A stretch of 64,000 nt of DNA from an uncultured virus (IMG/VR IMGVR_UViG_3300011741_000001). Its lineage: Duplodnaviria; Heunggongvirae; Uroviricota; Caudoviricetes. Position 1 is the stretch's first letter; the number at the start of each line of letters is the position of its first letter. The notes beneath the pieces were generated by a model that saw only the letters and a program-made list of their open reading frames with translations, was not told where the DNA came from and ran no database searches. The position numbers and the translations under genes are program-made. The stretch lies in IMG/VR virus record IMGVR_UViG_3300011741_000001, positions 124,001 to 188,000 of that record; one strand, 5' to 3'. Shown piece by piece: positions 26,165 through 36,267 of the stretch.

Positions 26165-26995
26165 TTAGCTGTTGTAATGGTAATACGCATTACCTTTTAC
26201 ACCATCTTCATCGATACCGGACTGAATCACCACACGGTCGTAGTCCTTGTTGGCGTACTGCGCCGTCGAAGTGGCCACGTCTTGTACGGTGTTTGAGTTG
26301 AGTGGAGCCGCGTAAACCGGTACACCCAAGTCATCCAGAATCTTACGCAGACCTGCCCATTGTGGCAAACCGGAAGAGTCTACCGTCAACAGGTTCTTGT
26401 AAGCCGTGAAGTCGATGCCGTAGGTCAGCATGTCCACACACTTCTTACCGAGGGTCTGGTCGATAGGCTGCTTCATGGTATCCAGCACGTCTGTGGTGAT
26501 TGACGTGTCCAGTACCGGCAGCCCACGACTGTAGCGCATGACAACCTGACCTTTGTACGCCGGTGAACCGGCCAACGCGGTGAAGTAAATGCTGTTGGAG
26601 TAGTTCGCGGAACCTACACCCCCCATGGCACTGTTGGTCAAGTCCATGGTGCCAAAGTTCACACCGAACGTGTCGAAAATCACCGCCAGTGCGCTGTGGA
26701 TGTTCGCTGCCGTAAAGGTAACAAACGCCGCATTGGTACTGTTGCCCCACGGGAGCAGTTTGGTGAGGTCTACCCGGTCGTAGTAAATCCAGATTTGGTC
26801 ACGGAACCCACTGCCCTGTAATCCACGTAAACGGGCTTTGGTGTTGCGCATGTTACTGGCCGCATTCACCGCCACGTTGGTGATGGATTCAATGGTGCAG
26901 TTCAGAGCAGACGCCGGGATCGGTAAACCGGGGTTATCCCGGTTAATCAGATCGTAGGCAAGCTCCGTCGAGGTCTTTGCATAGTTGAGCATCAT
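26165..26995 (-). CDS. Virion structural protein (LHYN-type paralogue)
   Basis: Shared N-terminal module. Ends GNAYYHYNS. Confidence 0.7.
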   Translation of the reverse strand: MMLNYAKTSTELAYDLINRDNPGLPIPASALNCTIESITNVAVNAASNMRNTKARLRGLQGSGFRDQIWIYYDRVDLTKLLPWGNSTNAAFVTFTAANIHSALAVIFDTFGVNFGTMDLTNSAMGGVGSANYSNSIYFTALAGSPAYKGQVVMRYSRGLPVLDTSITTDVLDTMKQPIDQTLGKKCVDMLTYGIDFTAYKNLLTVDSSGLPQWAGLRKILDDLGVPVYAAPLNSNTVQDVATSTAQYANKDYDRVVIQSGIDEDGVKGNAYYHYNS

Positions 26996-27882
26996 TACAC
27001 CTCGTTAGGGTCATCGACATCGTTGAACTGGAGATACATGGTGCCAATGAACGACGTGTTAGTTGCCGGCATTTTCAGCACCAGTACGTATTTGTACTTG
27101 CTGTTGGTCGGCATGTTAACAGGATCGTTCAGACCGACGCTGAGAATCTCTGCCCCTGCCAGTCCATAGTTGGACGCGGTGGTGGTCACCCATGCCAGTC
27201 CGGTAATCGCCTTCATGGCGTTGACCATCGTGGTCAGTGGGGTACCAGTCAGGATACCCGGCTGCATAGCCAGGAAGTCGTCGCGGTACGCCGAGAAGTT
27301 GAACGGGTACGAGTAGACCTGCGCCATTATCCCAGCGACAGTTTCGGAACCCATCTGGCCGTTCGGGTATTTCAGACCGGTCAGTGTGGTGGTCTTCACA
27401 GTGGACACCAGTGTTTCATCACCGCGTTTCACTTTGAAGTTGTATTGCCCGAACCAGCCCACAGACGTCGGATCGGCTTTCACCAATACGGTACCGGTTT
27501 GTTTGTCGGTATCCCAGAGGATTTCCGCATCCAGTAAATCCGCCTGCTCGAACGCAAAACCGTAACGCTGGTTCAGACCCACAATCGCGCCAAACAGCGA
27601 TGAGTTGGACGGACCGATTAACAGGGTGTCGCCAATCAAGGTAACAATGTCCTGCACCAATAAGCGGTTGTAGAACACGTTCTTTTTACCCGACCACGTC
27701 GAACCCACAACACCGTCCGCGGTGATTTTGATCTGGGTGTTACGTTTGGTGGTGGTACCTTTCTCAGTACCGGTAATGTCCTTCGGCGCACTGTAGACGA
27801 TATCCGTCTGTTTGATGGTCAGCGAGTTCGCTGCATCAATGGCGGCCAGCAGGACGTCCTTCGAAGGTTGATAAAGTGCCAT
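26995..27882 (-). CDS. Virion structural protein (LHYN-type paralogue)
   Basis: Shared module. GTMYLQFND near the C-terminus. Confidence 0.7.
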   Translation of the reverse strand: MALYQPSKDVLLAAIDAANSLTIKQTDIVYSAPKDITGTEKGTTTKRNTQIKITADGVVGSTWSGKKNVFYNRLLVQDIVTLIGDTLLIGPSNSSLFGAIVGLNQRYGFAFEQADLLDAEILWDTDKQTGTVLVKADPTSVGWFGQYNFKVKRGDETLVSTVKTTTLTGLKYPNGQMGSETVAGIMAQVYSYPFNFSAYRDDFLAMQPGILTGTPLTTMVNAMKAITGLAWVTTTASNYGLAGAEILSVGLNDPVNMPTNSKYKYVLVLKMPATNTSFIGTMYLQFNDVDDPNEV

Positions 27883-27893
27883 TCGCGTTATTC

Positions 27894-28730
27894 CTAAATG
27901 TTGTAATGCAGCAACCAGCTACCAGCGACCTGCGGGTCATTCATCCCACTGATAATCAGCAGTTTATCCGATATCCCGTTCGACCGGACGTCCGCAGAAG
28001 CATTGACGCGCTTAATGGTGGTTTTGGTGATATCGAACTGAGGTAACCCACGCCCTTGAAACACCTGCAACAGCGCCGTCGTGTAACCGTTGGTGAAATT
28101 CGCCCCGATATCCAGACGCCCGTTCACAAACGAGTCCATCAGCTGGAACTCATCGGAGAAGTCCTGCCCGTAGCTCAGCATCTCAGCCGACAGCCGGTCA
28201 AGCTTCACGTCGATAGGGTGATTCAGCTCATCCAGAATGTCGTTTACCACCAGTGTGGCCAAATCGAGTTTGCCTTTCACCGACATAAACGTGATTGACC
28301 CGGTGTATTGCACACAGGTTGATTTCACCGTCAAGGTGTTCTTCACGTTCAGGTAAATGTACTGGTCAGGGATATCCGCGGCTTCGAGGTTTAACCCGTA
28401 ACGGCCGTTGACGTTCTGTGCAAACGCGAGCTTCTTCGCATCCGTGTACAGATAGCCGTACGCGTTGGGTGCCGTCACCTGCGGTACGATGTTTTTGAAC
28501 AAGTCGTTCAACGACAGTCGTTTATAGCGGAAGGTTTGTACCCCCGTGTACCCACGCCCTTGACGCCCGCGTACGGTAATCTCGGTGTTGGCTCCGCTGG
28601 GTTGTACCGCGATGGCTTTCGGGTCACCAATCAACGCATTGTCCAGACTGACTGGAGTAATGGCACCGGGGTTCTCCGCGTTAATCGCGTCGTACAGAAA
28701 CTGTCGCTGAGACAGACTATATAACGCCAT
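27894..28730 (-). CDS. Virion structural protein (LHYN-type paralogue)
   Basis: Shared module. Ends GSWLLHYNI. Confidence 0.7.
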   Translation of the reverse strand: MALYSLSQRQFLYDAINAENPGAITPVSLDNALIGDPKAIAVQPSGANTEITVRGRQGRGYTGVQTFRYKRLSLNDLFKNIVPQVTAPNAYGYLYTDAKKLAFAQNVNGRYGLNLEAADIPDQYIYLNVKNTLTVKSTCVQYTGSITFMSVKGKLDLATLVVNDILDELNHPIDVKLDRLSAEMLSYGQDFSDEFQLMDSFVNGRLDIGANFTNGYTTALLQVFQGRGLPQFDITKTTIKRVNASADVRSNGISDKLLIISGMNDPQVAGSWLLHYNI

Positions 28731-28752
28731 AATAGCCTCCTCGGCTAAACTT

Positions 28753-28795
28753 AAAAAAGAAGAGTAGGCTAGAGGGAGGTAGCCCTCCCTCTAGC
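28753..28795 (-). terminator. Rho-independent terminator
   Basis: GCTAGAGGGAGG...CCTCCCTCTAGC stem with an A-tract on the left. Confidence 0.7.
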
Positions 28796-28802
28796 GCAAC
28801 CA

Positions 28803-29729
28803 TTAGGCGTTGTAGTGCAGGAACAGCTCGCCCTGGAAGTTTGAGCACAGGGTATCGCTCAGTTCCAGTTTCAGGATGCTGTTGTAGTCGGTGTTAGCAC
28901 CTTCTACTGGCTCATCCTTGGTACCGCCGGTGGTGCTGTCTGGATCAGGAACCTGATTAACGGTTTTGCCGTTATAGGTGACGGTCGCGCCGTGGACGTT
29001 GTAGTCTTTCGCCGCTTCGTCATCAACCCACAGCTCAGGGACGATTTTGTTCAGCTCAGACGCGAACGCAGAATCGTCAGCCAGTGTACCGTCGGCCTGC
29101 ACTTTCAGGAATGCAGCAATTGCCGTGGCATCCACACCGTAAGAGTAGATGTACGCCTGACCTTTGGTCTCGGACTTCTCATCCGGATACTGCAGACCAT
29201 CCAGCTGGGTTTTGGTGATGACCAGAGACAGACGCTCACCGACCTGTGGCTTGGCACCAATCTTCACGCCGATTTTGCCGAGGAACGCGTAGCAGTCGTC
29301 TTTGAACACGATGTCGTGGTCAACTGGCGCTGGGTCAGCGGCTTCGGGATCACTTGGCTTGACGTTCACGCCATCCGGGATAGTCGACGGGGTGATGTCG
29401 TCTTCGGTGATTTTCAGGCCATACTGGGTGTTCAGCGTGGCGAGCAGGTCAGTGGTAGACTTCGGCTCGTTCACGTCGATGTACGCCGTCACGTTACGGA
29501 ACAGCGCTTCACCTTCCAGACGGGTGTAGGTCACGCCTTGATTACCGATAAAGCCGGAATTCTTACGCGCCGTCACGGTCATCTTGGTGTTGCGGTCAGC
29601 CGCATCGTCGCCATCGTTAACCGCTGGTGTACCCAGAGTGACTTTGGACAGTTCCAGATCTGCGTCCGGGTTCTTCTCGTTGATGAAGTCCAGAACCAGC
29701 AGGTCGGAGGTTTTGTTTAAAGGTTTCAT
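28803..29729 (-). CDS. Virion structural protein (LHYN-type paralogue)
   Basis: Shared module. Ends GELFLHYNA. Confidence 0.75.
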   Translation of the reverse strand: MKPLNKTSDLLVLDFINEKNPDADLELSKVTLGTPAVNDGDDAADRNTKMTVTARKNSGFIGNQGVTYTRLEGEALFRNVTAYIDVNEPKSTTDLLATLNTQYGLKITEDDITPSTIPDGVNVKPSDPEAADPAPVDHDIVFKDDCYAFLGKIGVKIGAKPQVGERLSLVITKTQLDGLQYPDEKSETKGQAYIYSYGVDATAIAAFLKVQADGTLADDSAFASELNKIVPELWVDDEAAKDYNVHGATVTYNGKTVNQVPDPDSTTGGTKDEPVEGANTDYNSILKLELSDTLCSNFQGELFLHYNA

Positions 29730-29749
29730 TCTAACTTCCTTTATCGGGA

Positions 29750-30595
29750 TTAGTCAGGGTCGTTGTAATGGAGATACAACTTACCACCAAGGTTAAGGCA
29801 ATACAGAGACAGGTCGATAATCAGCACGTTGTCCACAGTCGGGTTGGTTGGTAAACTCGACTTGTTGACCCCGTTGTACGACACTATCGCTTCTTTGAGG
29901 TTGTAATCGATTGGGCTGCGGTACACCAACCACGCATCACCCGTCACGGCTTTTAAAATGGCCGCCAGTCGGGTCACCGTAATGGTGGTACCACCCGCTT
30001 TCAACTCCGCTGCGTAGTCATCGAACCGCCAAGGGTACGAATACACCGCGCCTTGCCCGACCTTCGTGTTGAAGTACGGGTAGCTATACGGTTCTACGGT
30101 CGTGGGGTCAAAGTTCGACGGCAACAAGGCATCGCCGGGGAGCAACTGCACAACCTGCGAACCAATCCACCCTAGGGAGGTATCAGCGGCAATCAGTTGT
30201 ACTGTCCACTCAACACGGTTGATGTCCACGCTTAACACGTCGGCGGTTTTCAGACTCAACCCGTAATACTGGTTGATGAGCGGGACAATGTCGTGTGACA
30301 CAAACACGCTGTCCAATCTCGCGGGGATAACCAGCGGCTGGTTCCCGTCCAAATCGGTGAAGATGTCAGCAAAGTCTACGCGGTCGTAATACACCGTGGT
30401 GTACCCAATAGCCGGTGCGGTGGCCAGTGCCTGAACGCGTACCATGCTGTTGTGACCGTTGGCTGCTGCTAACTCTTCAGCGGTGGTGGGAATGCCCGGT
30501 TGCCCGAAAAGCATGTCCGGGGCTTTTAACGCCAGACTGTTTTCGAGGTTCATCTCCGCCAGAATAATTTCTTCTGCGGTAGCTAAGAGAGGCAT
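29750..30595 (-). CDS. Virion structural protein (LHYN-type paralogue)
   Basis: Shared module. GKLYLHYND near the C-terminus. Confidence 0.7.
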   Translation of the reverse strand: MPLLATAEEIILAEMNLENSLALKAPDMLFGQPGIPTTAEELAAANGHNSMVRVQALATAPAIGYTTVYYDRVDFADIFTDLDGNQPLVIPARLDSVFVSHDIVPLINQYYGLSLKTADVLSVDINRVEWTVQLIAADTSLGWIGSQVVQLLPGDALLPSNFDPTTVEPYSYPYFNTKVGQGAVYSYPWRFDDYAAELKAGGTTITVTRLAAILKAVTGDAWLVYRSPIDYNLKEAIVSYNGVNKSSLPTNPTVDNVLIIDLSLYCLNLGGKLYLHYNDPD

Positions 30596-30604
30596 GCGGG
30601 GTCC

Positions 30605-31438
30605 CTATTTCGGCGAGTAGTGAAGAATCAGGGTACCGGTATAGTTGCTTGCATCCGCCATGGGAATCAAGAACGCCCGATTGAAGTTCTGGTTGTATTT
30701 GTCGCCCGGCGTTACCGCCACAGAGCCACCCAGACGTGCACCCCCTAAACTAATCTGCCCCGCCTGCACCCCAGCCCCGGTTGCCATCGTGAACTTCAAT
30801 GGCACCACCCCATTTAACAGGTCAACGTCGTCCTGCGTGAGCAAGCGGTTCGATGTCCAGTCTTTGGTGAACGTTTCCGTAATCTCCGAGTAGTCGTACC
30901 CGTAAGACACGTACTCTGCCTGGGGTTTTGCCCCCACCACAAACGGAGCCACAATCGCAGACAAGTCCACGTCGGTGACCACGTCTTTCAGGTTGGGCAA
31001 GAACTTCGCAAAGCGCAAAGCAAAGTCCGTCTGCCACGCGAGGCAACCCGGTTTTACTTTCACGGTCAGCAGGAACGCGTCGCCGAGTTCGGCCACTGAC
31101 TGGTCTTCGATGTCATCTTTGGTGAGGCTGAGACCGTACTTCTTATTCAGAAACGGTAACAGGTCAGACAACATTTTCACCGGGTTGGTGGAGATAAACG
31201 GTACGATGTTCCGGAACAGCACCGCGGTATCGATACGGTTGTATTCGATGGTCACGTTCCCGTTGTAGCCCTTTCCGTTTAACCCGTAGATTAACACACG
31301 GGTGTCACGGACGGCGAGCGGGGTGTTGATGGTTTCCGGATAGCCTGCGGCAATCTGGTCCCACGTCAACGCGGTGTTGTTCTCCCGGTTAATGACCTCT
31401 AACAACATTTCAGCCGAGGGCTTATCGTAGATAGACAC
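30605..31438 (-). CDS. Virion structural protein (LHYN-type paralogue)
   Basis: Shared module. Ends GTLILHYSPK. Confidence 0.7.
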   Translation of the reverse strand: MSIYDKPSAEMLLEVINRENNTALTWDQIAAGYPETINTPLAVRDTRVLIYGLNGKGYNGNVTIEYNRIDTAVLFRNIVPFISTNPVKMLSDLLPFLNKKYGLSLTKDDIEDQSVAELGDAFLLTVKVKPGCLAWQTDFALRFAKFLPNLKDVVTDVDLSAIVAPFVVGAKPQAEYVSYGYDYSEITETFTKDWTSNRLLTQDDVDLLNGVVPLKFTMATGAGVQAGQISLGGARLGGSVAVTPGDKYNQNFNRAFLIPMADASNYTGTLILHYSPK

Positions 31439-31448
31439 TTATACCCCC

Positions 31449-32249
31449 TTAGTTGTTAAAGTGTAAGTTCAGCGCACCACGGAAGTTGGTACACAAGTCG
31501 GTCAACTGTACCGAGACAACGTGCGTGAAGGCGGTGTTCGCCCCCGGCAGGTCTTTCGGGTCACCGTCGAACACCACAGTCGCGCCGTGGAGGTTAAACG
31601 GTGCTGCGGATTCAGACGCAATCCAGGTTTCCGGCACGGCTTTGTTCAGTTCCTCTGCGAGCGCTGTGTCGTCCACATCGATCCCGACTGCAAGCAGTGA
31701 CAGGAACTTTTTGATGTGGGTACAGTCGATATCGCGCGAGTAAATGTACGCTTGGCCTACCGTCAAATCAGATTGGTGGTCGGGGTAGAGCAACCCGTCC
31801 AGTTGGGTGTTGGTGAGAACCGTGTTCAATTGAACAGCCGGTTTGAGTTGGATGACGGCATTACCTCGCCACTCGTGTGAGAGAGGTTCTGCGGTCAACG
31901 TCAGTGCATTGCCGGAGCGCGGCGTATCTTCCAAATCTTCAGGAAGAATCTTCAGGTCGAAGCGATCGTTGAGTGCAGCAAGGATGTCATGCGCGGTGGC
32001 AATATCCTCGTCACCGAAGGTGTTGTTCCCGGTGATATACTCGTCCAGTGGACGACGATGATAAAAGACCTCAACTTCAGATCCTTCGTCATCCTTAATC
32101 TTGGAGGTCAACACTACACTTGAATCACGACCGTCAACGGACACCACTTCCGGCAGAGAAATATCAACGTCGTCGAAGGTTAACGCAGGGTCAATCTTAC
32201 ATTCTTCGTTGATGAGTTTTAGCAGATTCTCTTTGGAGGTAATAGACAT
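31449..32249 (-). CDS. Virion structural protein (LHYN-type paralogue)
   Basis: Start MSITSKENL at 32249 aligns with the paralogue N-termini. Ends GALNLHFNN. Confidence 0.7.
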   Translation of the reverse strand: MSITSKENLLKLINEECKIDPALTFDDVDISLPEVVSVDGRDSSVVLTSKIKDDEGSEVEVFYHRRPLDEYITGNNTFGDEDIATAHDILAALNDRFDLKILPEDLEDTPRSGNALTLTAEPLSHEWRGNAVIQLKPAVQLNTVLTNTQLDGLLYPDHQSDLTVGQAYIYSRDIDCTHIKKFLSLLAVGIDVDDTALAEELNKAVPETWIASESAAPFNLHGATVVFDGDPKDLPGANTAFTHVVSVQLTDLCTNFRGALNLHFNN

Positions 32250-32371
32250 CGCGTTAACTCGGTTAAGGTTTCCAAAGGCCATGGCGGTACCACAACCCTC
32301 CTGCCAGCATAATAAATCGGCCAACCCTTTTTTACAGGTGTTGCCATATAACGGATCTTAGGTGTGACAAG

Positions 32372-32409
32372 AAAAACAAAAAAAAAAGAAGGTGCCCCGA
32401 AGGGCACCT
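32372..32409 (-). terminator. Rho-independent terminator
   Basis: AGGTGCCC-CGAA-GGGCACCT with a long A-tract on the left. Confidence 0.85.
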
Positions 32410-32414
32410 GAACC

Positions 32415-34325
32415 TCATGAGGGGATTGAGGTTTCCACCTTAATATACCCTTGGGTGACTTTCTCAGTGACCGGGTCAGTGATTTTCACTGGCAGGTAAC
32501 CTTTGTTTAATGCGAAGCGCAGCAGCAGCTCACCGTTACCGTTCCAGCCGATACCGTTCTTCGCCCCGAGGGTCAGACCTGTGACCGCTATCTGAATGTT
32601 CTCCAGCGCTTTCATGTCATCCGTGGTCAGTGCGGTTTTGCCGTCTTCCTTCAGCATCAATGCGCCGTTTGGTTTCCACTGGAACGAGGTACCCATTTCA
32701 AAGTGGGACTTCGAGGTCGTGGTCACTTCTGCACCGACGTAACGCGTCCAGTCGAACAGCTCCACGTACAACTGGCAGACGTTTTTGTACGGTTTAGTGA
32801 AGAACACGGTTTTCACCGGGCACGCACCTTCCCCGTCCCACTGCACGTCCACGTAGTTCGAAGACACTGTTTTGATGGAGATAATCGCCGCACCGTGCGC
32901 ACTACCACCGCCGCCTAAACGGTCTTCGTCGGCTTTGACCGAGTTGTAACCGCGGGTACCTTGCAGCACAATACGGCAGTTCTCACCCACGCCGGTCATG
33001 GTGATGGCACCGAGGTTGAACCAACGGCTCGAAGCGGTGTTGTTGTCCATGCGCAGAGACGTGGCGTAGTAACCGGCTTGCACCGACCCTTCGGTACGGA
33101 TACCGTGGAACTCCAAATCCGTTGAACCCCACTCGTAGCCAGAACGACCTGTCCACGTGGTGGTACCGTTGTCTTTATCCCAACCGCTCGCACCCTGCAG
33201 GTTGGTGTTGCGACGCACCACCACACAGTTCTGGAACAGCATTTTGTTGGTGCACGATTCCATGGAGAAGTTATCGATAGTCCAGTGACCGTCAGACAAG
33301 TTCCCTGGGTTCTCGGTGTGCTCAATCCAACCGTTGTAAATCAGCGACTGGGTGGCACGTGGCAGGATAAAGATGCCCGGGCCAGTGAAGCCCTGCGCAT
33401 TGAAGTTACGCAGCTCTATGGCCGTCTGGTGGTCCCATACGCCCCACGTCTGACCTGACCAACCACCGTTGATGAAGATGTTCGTGTGGTTAGACGGGTA
33501 GAACTGGTCGAACTTGGTATCCAGTGCGTCGAGGGTGTTAAACGTGATACCGCCCACGAACGACGACATCCAGTTAGACACACGCAGGTACTGACCACCC
33601 GGACAGGTGTTGTTGTAGAAGCCACGCTTACCGGCAACTTTCTTGTCCTTCGGTGCGTTCACGTCAACCGCACCTTCGAAGTTCAGGTTGGCAAACACGC
33701 TGCGGCGAGCAACCACGTTGAAGATAAAACCTTCTTTGTCGTTGTCAGACACAATCGTGGTGCCGCTGAAATAACCGAAGTCACCGTTAATCGGTGCGCC
33801 AGCCACACGGAAACGGGCAATCTCTTTGGTGTTTGACCAGCCAGAGAGTTTGAACGTGCCGGAAGCAAACTGTACACCCATTGACGGGATGTTCGCCTGC
33901 GACCATGCCATCATTTTTGCAAACGCGTCTGCACAGTCGGTCTTGCCGTCGGCCACTGCACCGAAGTGGCAGATGTTCAGTTCGTGTAACGAGTTCAGAC
34001 GGCGCTTCCAACGGGCACCGCCTTTAGTCACGAAGCAATAACCGCCGTCGTCTTTGGTGGTTTTGTCATCCTGATCGTAAACGAATTCCCCACCGCCGTA
34101 TTTACAGCCTTGGTTATATTCCTTTACATCAATCTTCTGGTCAGCCATTTTTGGTTCGATGTTACGCAGACCGGCGACGGTAGAGCAGCGCCCTACGAAA
34201 CGTTGCCCATCTTCCCCGGCAAATTCGAGCTTTTGCATCAGCGTGTCAAGGTCAATCTCTACTACGTTACCTTCTTGGTTAACGAGAACTTTGCCTTTGT
34301 TGACAATCACAGATTGCTCTGCCAT
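32415..34325 (-). CDS. amsF: AmsF/WceF-like tailspike-fold protein (candidate EPS depolymerase)
   Basis: GGGEFV...DDGG...WKR...FGAVADGKTD tailspike N-terminus. FGYFSGTTIVSD, CPGGQY, WDHQTAIELRNFN and LPRATQSLIYNGWIEH match Erwinia AmsF / Pantoea WceF as I recall them. Confidence 0.75.
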   Translation of the reverse strand: MAEQSVIVNKGKVLVNQEGNVVEIDLDTLMQKLEFAGEDGQRFVGRCSTVAGLRNIEPKMADQKIDVKEYNQGCKYGGGEFVYDQDDKTTKDDGGYCFVTKGGARWKRRLNSLHELNICHFGAVADGKTDCADAFAKMMAWSQANIPSMGVQFASGTFKLSGWSNTKEIARFRVAGAPINGDFGYFSGTTIVSDNDKEGFIFNVVARRSVFANLNFEGAVDVNAPKDKKVAGKRGFYNNTCPGGQYLRVSNWMSSFVGGITFNTLDALDTKFDQFYPSNHTNIFINGGWSGQTWGVWDHQTAIELRNFNAQGFTGPGIFILPRATQSLIYNGWIEHTENPGNLSDGHWTIDNFSMESCTNKMLFQNCVVVRRNTNLQGASGWDKDNGTTTWTGRSGYEWGSTDLEFHGIRTEGSVQAGYYATSLRMDNNTASSRWFNLGAITMTGVGENCRIVLQGTRGYNSVKADEDRLGGGGSAHGAAIISIKTVSSNYVDVQWDGEGACPVKTVFFTKPYKNVCQLYVELFDWTRYVGAEVTTTSKSHFEMGTSFQWKPNGALMLKEDGKTALTTDDMKALENIQIAVTGLTLGAKNGIGWNGNGELLLRFALNKGYLPVKITDPVTEKVTQGYIKVETSIPS

Positions 34326-34486
34326 GGTGAACTCCTATTGTTTAGGCTGGTGTGGTGTGTGTCGGCCTTTCGCCATAAGCAAAAAAAGAAAGACCCCTTC
34401 CCTAAACTTCGGAAGGGGTGCGCGCAGGGGATGACGCGAAATAAAAAGCGTGGTTGGACATACGAACCCGGCTTCGGTTAGGGCCA

Positions 34487-34520
34487 AAAAATAAAAGAGG
34501 TAGCCCCCTAAAGGGCTACC
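34487..34520 (-). terminator. Rho-independent terminator
   Basis: GGTAGCCC...GGGCTACC hairpin with an A-tract on the left. Confidence 0.7.
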
Positions 34521-34527
34521 AGACTTT

Positions 34528-35424
34528 TTATTCTTTGCTTTCACCCTGAATGCTTTTGAAATCAAATTCAATTGGAGGCATTTCGCTTGATTTAACAAAC
34601 CCTTCGATACCGTCCACATTAGGACGCCATGGATTATTACCGAACGCACCCACCTTTGCATGGTTCAGTGCTTTGCGGAACGTCCTCACCGCTGTAGGGG
34701 TAATCTCTTCTGTCGACTCAGACCCGAGCACCATTTTCAGTAACGCTTCTGCACGTTCTGCGTCGTAGTATTCGGTGTCCAACAAATAACGCTTACCGTC
34801 CGCACCGGTGATGCCGTAGCGTTGCAGATAGAGTTCCCGTACAGCATCAGGTCCTTGCTGCATAGCCAGCGTCATTTCAATATCGGATTTGCGTTCACCG
34901 GGATTGATGCGGGGTGAATCACCAATACCGTTTTGGAACAGAGTGCCTAACCCTGACTTACGTCCTTTCAGGATTTGTGATGTTAAAACACCCCTATCAC
35001 CTTGGCCGGGATAAATTTGGATAACGCGGTCAGTGTGTTTGGTGGGGTCACCGTACAAGAAAGGCGAACCGGTCAGTTTATCCACCATGCTACCACGGTA
35101 CATCAACTGGCGCAGTTGGGATTCTTTTGCGGTGGTCTTCAAACGCTTCCACGCCCAATGATCGTCCCATTCCTCTTGGGACATGGGACGTAATCCCAAG
35201 GCACCGATAGTCGCCTTGGAGAAACGGTTTTGCGCTACACGACGCATCTGGCGCGTCGCATACGGTAGCTGGGCAAAGCTTGCGGCACCAATGGTATCCA
35301 CCATCGCCACACGCACCTCGTCGAGAGAAAGAGTGCGACCTCTACCGTTCGCACTGTACACGACCACATCGTGCTCACGCATCACAAGTTGCGTACGGAC
35401 TTTGCGTTTCTTAGGCTTTAACAT
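34528..35424 (-). CDS. Hypothetical protein
   Basis: 298-aa ORF with a TAAGGAGTATCT RBS. Confidence 0.7.
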   Translation of the reverse strand: MLKPKKRKVRTQLVMREHDVVVYSANGRGRTLSLDEVRVAMVDTIGAASFAQLPYATRQMRRVAQNRFSKATIGALGLRPMSQEEWDDHWAWKRLKTTAKESQLRQLMYRGSMVDKLTGSPFLYGDPTKHTDRVIQIYPGQGDRGVLTSQILKGRKSGLGTLFQNGIGDSPRINPGERKSDIEMTLAMQQGPDAVRELYLQRYGITGADGKRYLLDTEYYDAERAEALLKMVLGSESTEEITPTAVRTFRKALNHAKVGAFGNNPWRPNVDGIEGFVKSSEMPPIEFDFKSIQGESKE

Positions 35425-35447
35425 TAGATACTCCTTACGATTTTAAC

Positions 35448-35786
35448 TTACAGACCTTTGCCACCCGTGGCATAATAGACCAGCACCTGTTCGTGCAGAC
35501 GCACACTGTTGGCCGTGATGAGAATCAATCCCGCCACACCACGGGGAACACGCAACAGTTCACATTTGCGGTCTTTGGTGCGGAAGCAATACTCATTGCC
35601 CAACACCACAATTTCCGAATAAGCTGACTTCGGAATCAGGATGTCAATCAGTCGGTCGGCTAACTGCGGGGTGTCGATAACCTGACCACCCGCCAGAAGG
35701 TATTGGAGCAACTCAGACGGAGTTTTGTCGAGCAGCTCTTGCTCCTGCTTAGTGGCGACCTCGGTGGATATAGAAGATGTTTGCAT
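35448..35786 (-). CDS. Hypothetical protein
   Basis: ORF in a co-oriented run. Confidence 0.55.
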   Translation of the reverse strand: MQTSSISTEVATKQEQELLDKTPSELLQYLLAGGQVIDTPQLADRLIDILIPKSAYSEIVVLGNEYCFRTKDRKCELLRVPRGVAGLILITANSVRLHEQVLVYYATGGKGL

Positions 35787-36267
35787 TGTTGAACGGGCCT
35801 GCCACCCACGTGAGTTTAGTGAACACCCCGTTTTTGTCCGGGGTCGTAGCGCGGATATTCTGGATACCCGGATAACGAATGGTCTGGAGAATTGCCACGT
35901 ACTCTTCCCGCTCCTCCGGGGTACGGTTCAACACCAGTTCCACGTAGTCGTTCAGACGCTTCGGGTGCACGATAGCAAAGACGTCAATCGGTTCCGCACG
36001 GTTGACTTCGAAGATACGGTTCGGGGTGTGTGGTGCATACCAGACCCAACCGTCTTCACGGGTACAGGTGTTGTACTCGGCGAGTTTCACCAGTGCATTG
36101 GCAAAGCTTTGCAGTTTCAGATACTGAGCATCCCAGTCTGCAGACGGGAAACGTTTGGCCACTTCGATTTTCATCTGCTCGATGTTCACCGGGCCTGCGT
36201 ATTTACCGTCGCGGGGAATACCGTCTAAAGCAACGCGTTCACGTTGCGTGAAGAAATTAAGATTCAT
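35749..36267 (-). CDS. Hypothetical protein
   Basis: AAGGAG RBS, co-oriented run. Confidence 0.6.
   Translation of the reverse strand: MNLNFFTQRERVALDGIPRDGKYAGPVNIEQMKIEVAKRFPSADWDAQYLKLQSFANALVKLAEYNTCTREDGWVWYAPHTPNRIFEVNRAEPIDVFAIVHPKRLNDYVELVLNRTPEEREEYVAILQTIRYPGIQNIRATTPDKNGVFTKLTWVAGPFNNANIFYIHRGRH

Noticed and set aside
28992..29720. 242-aa antisense ORF (and similar ones such as 11652..12185 and 58211..58693)
   Set aside because: Antisense shadows of genes with strong codon bias; no RBS or motif support.
19337..32249. Diversity-generating retroelement or invertible fibre cassette
   Set aside because: No reverse transcriptase, invertase, near-identical template/variable repeat pair or inverted recombination sites were seen.
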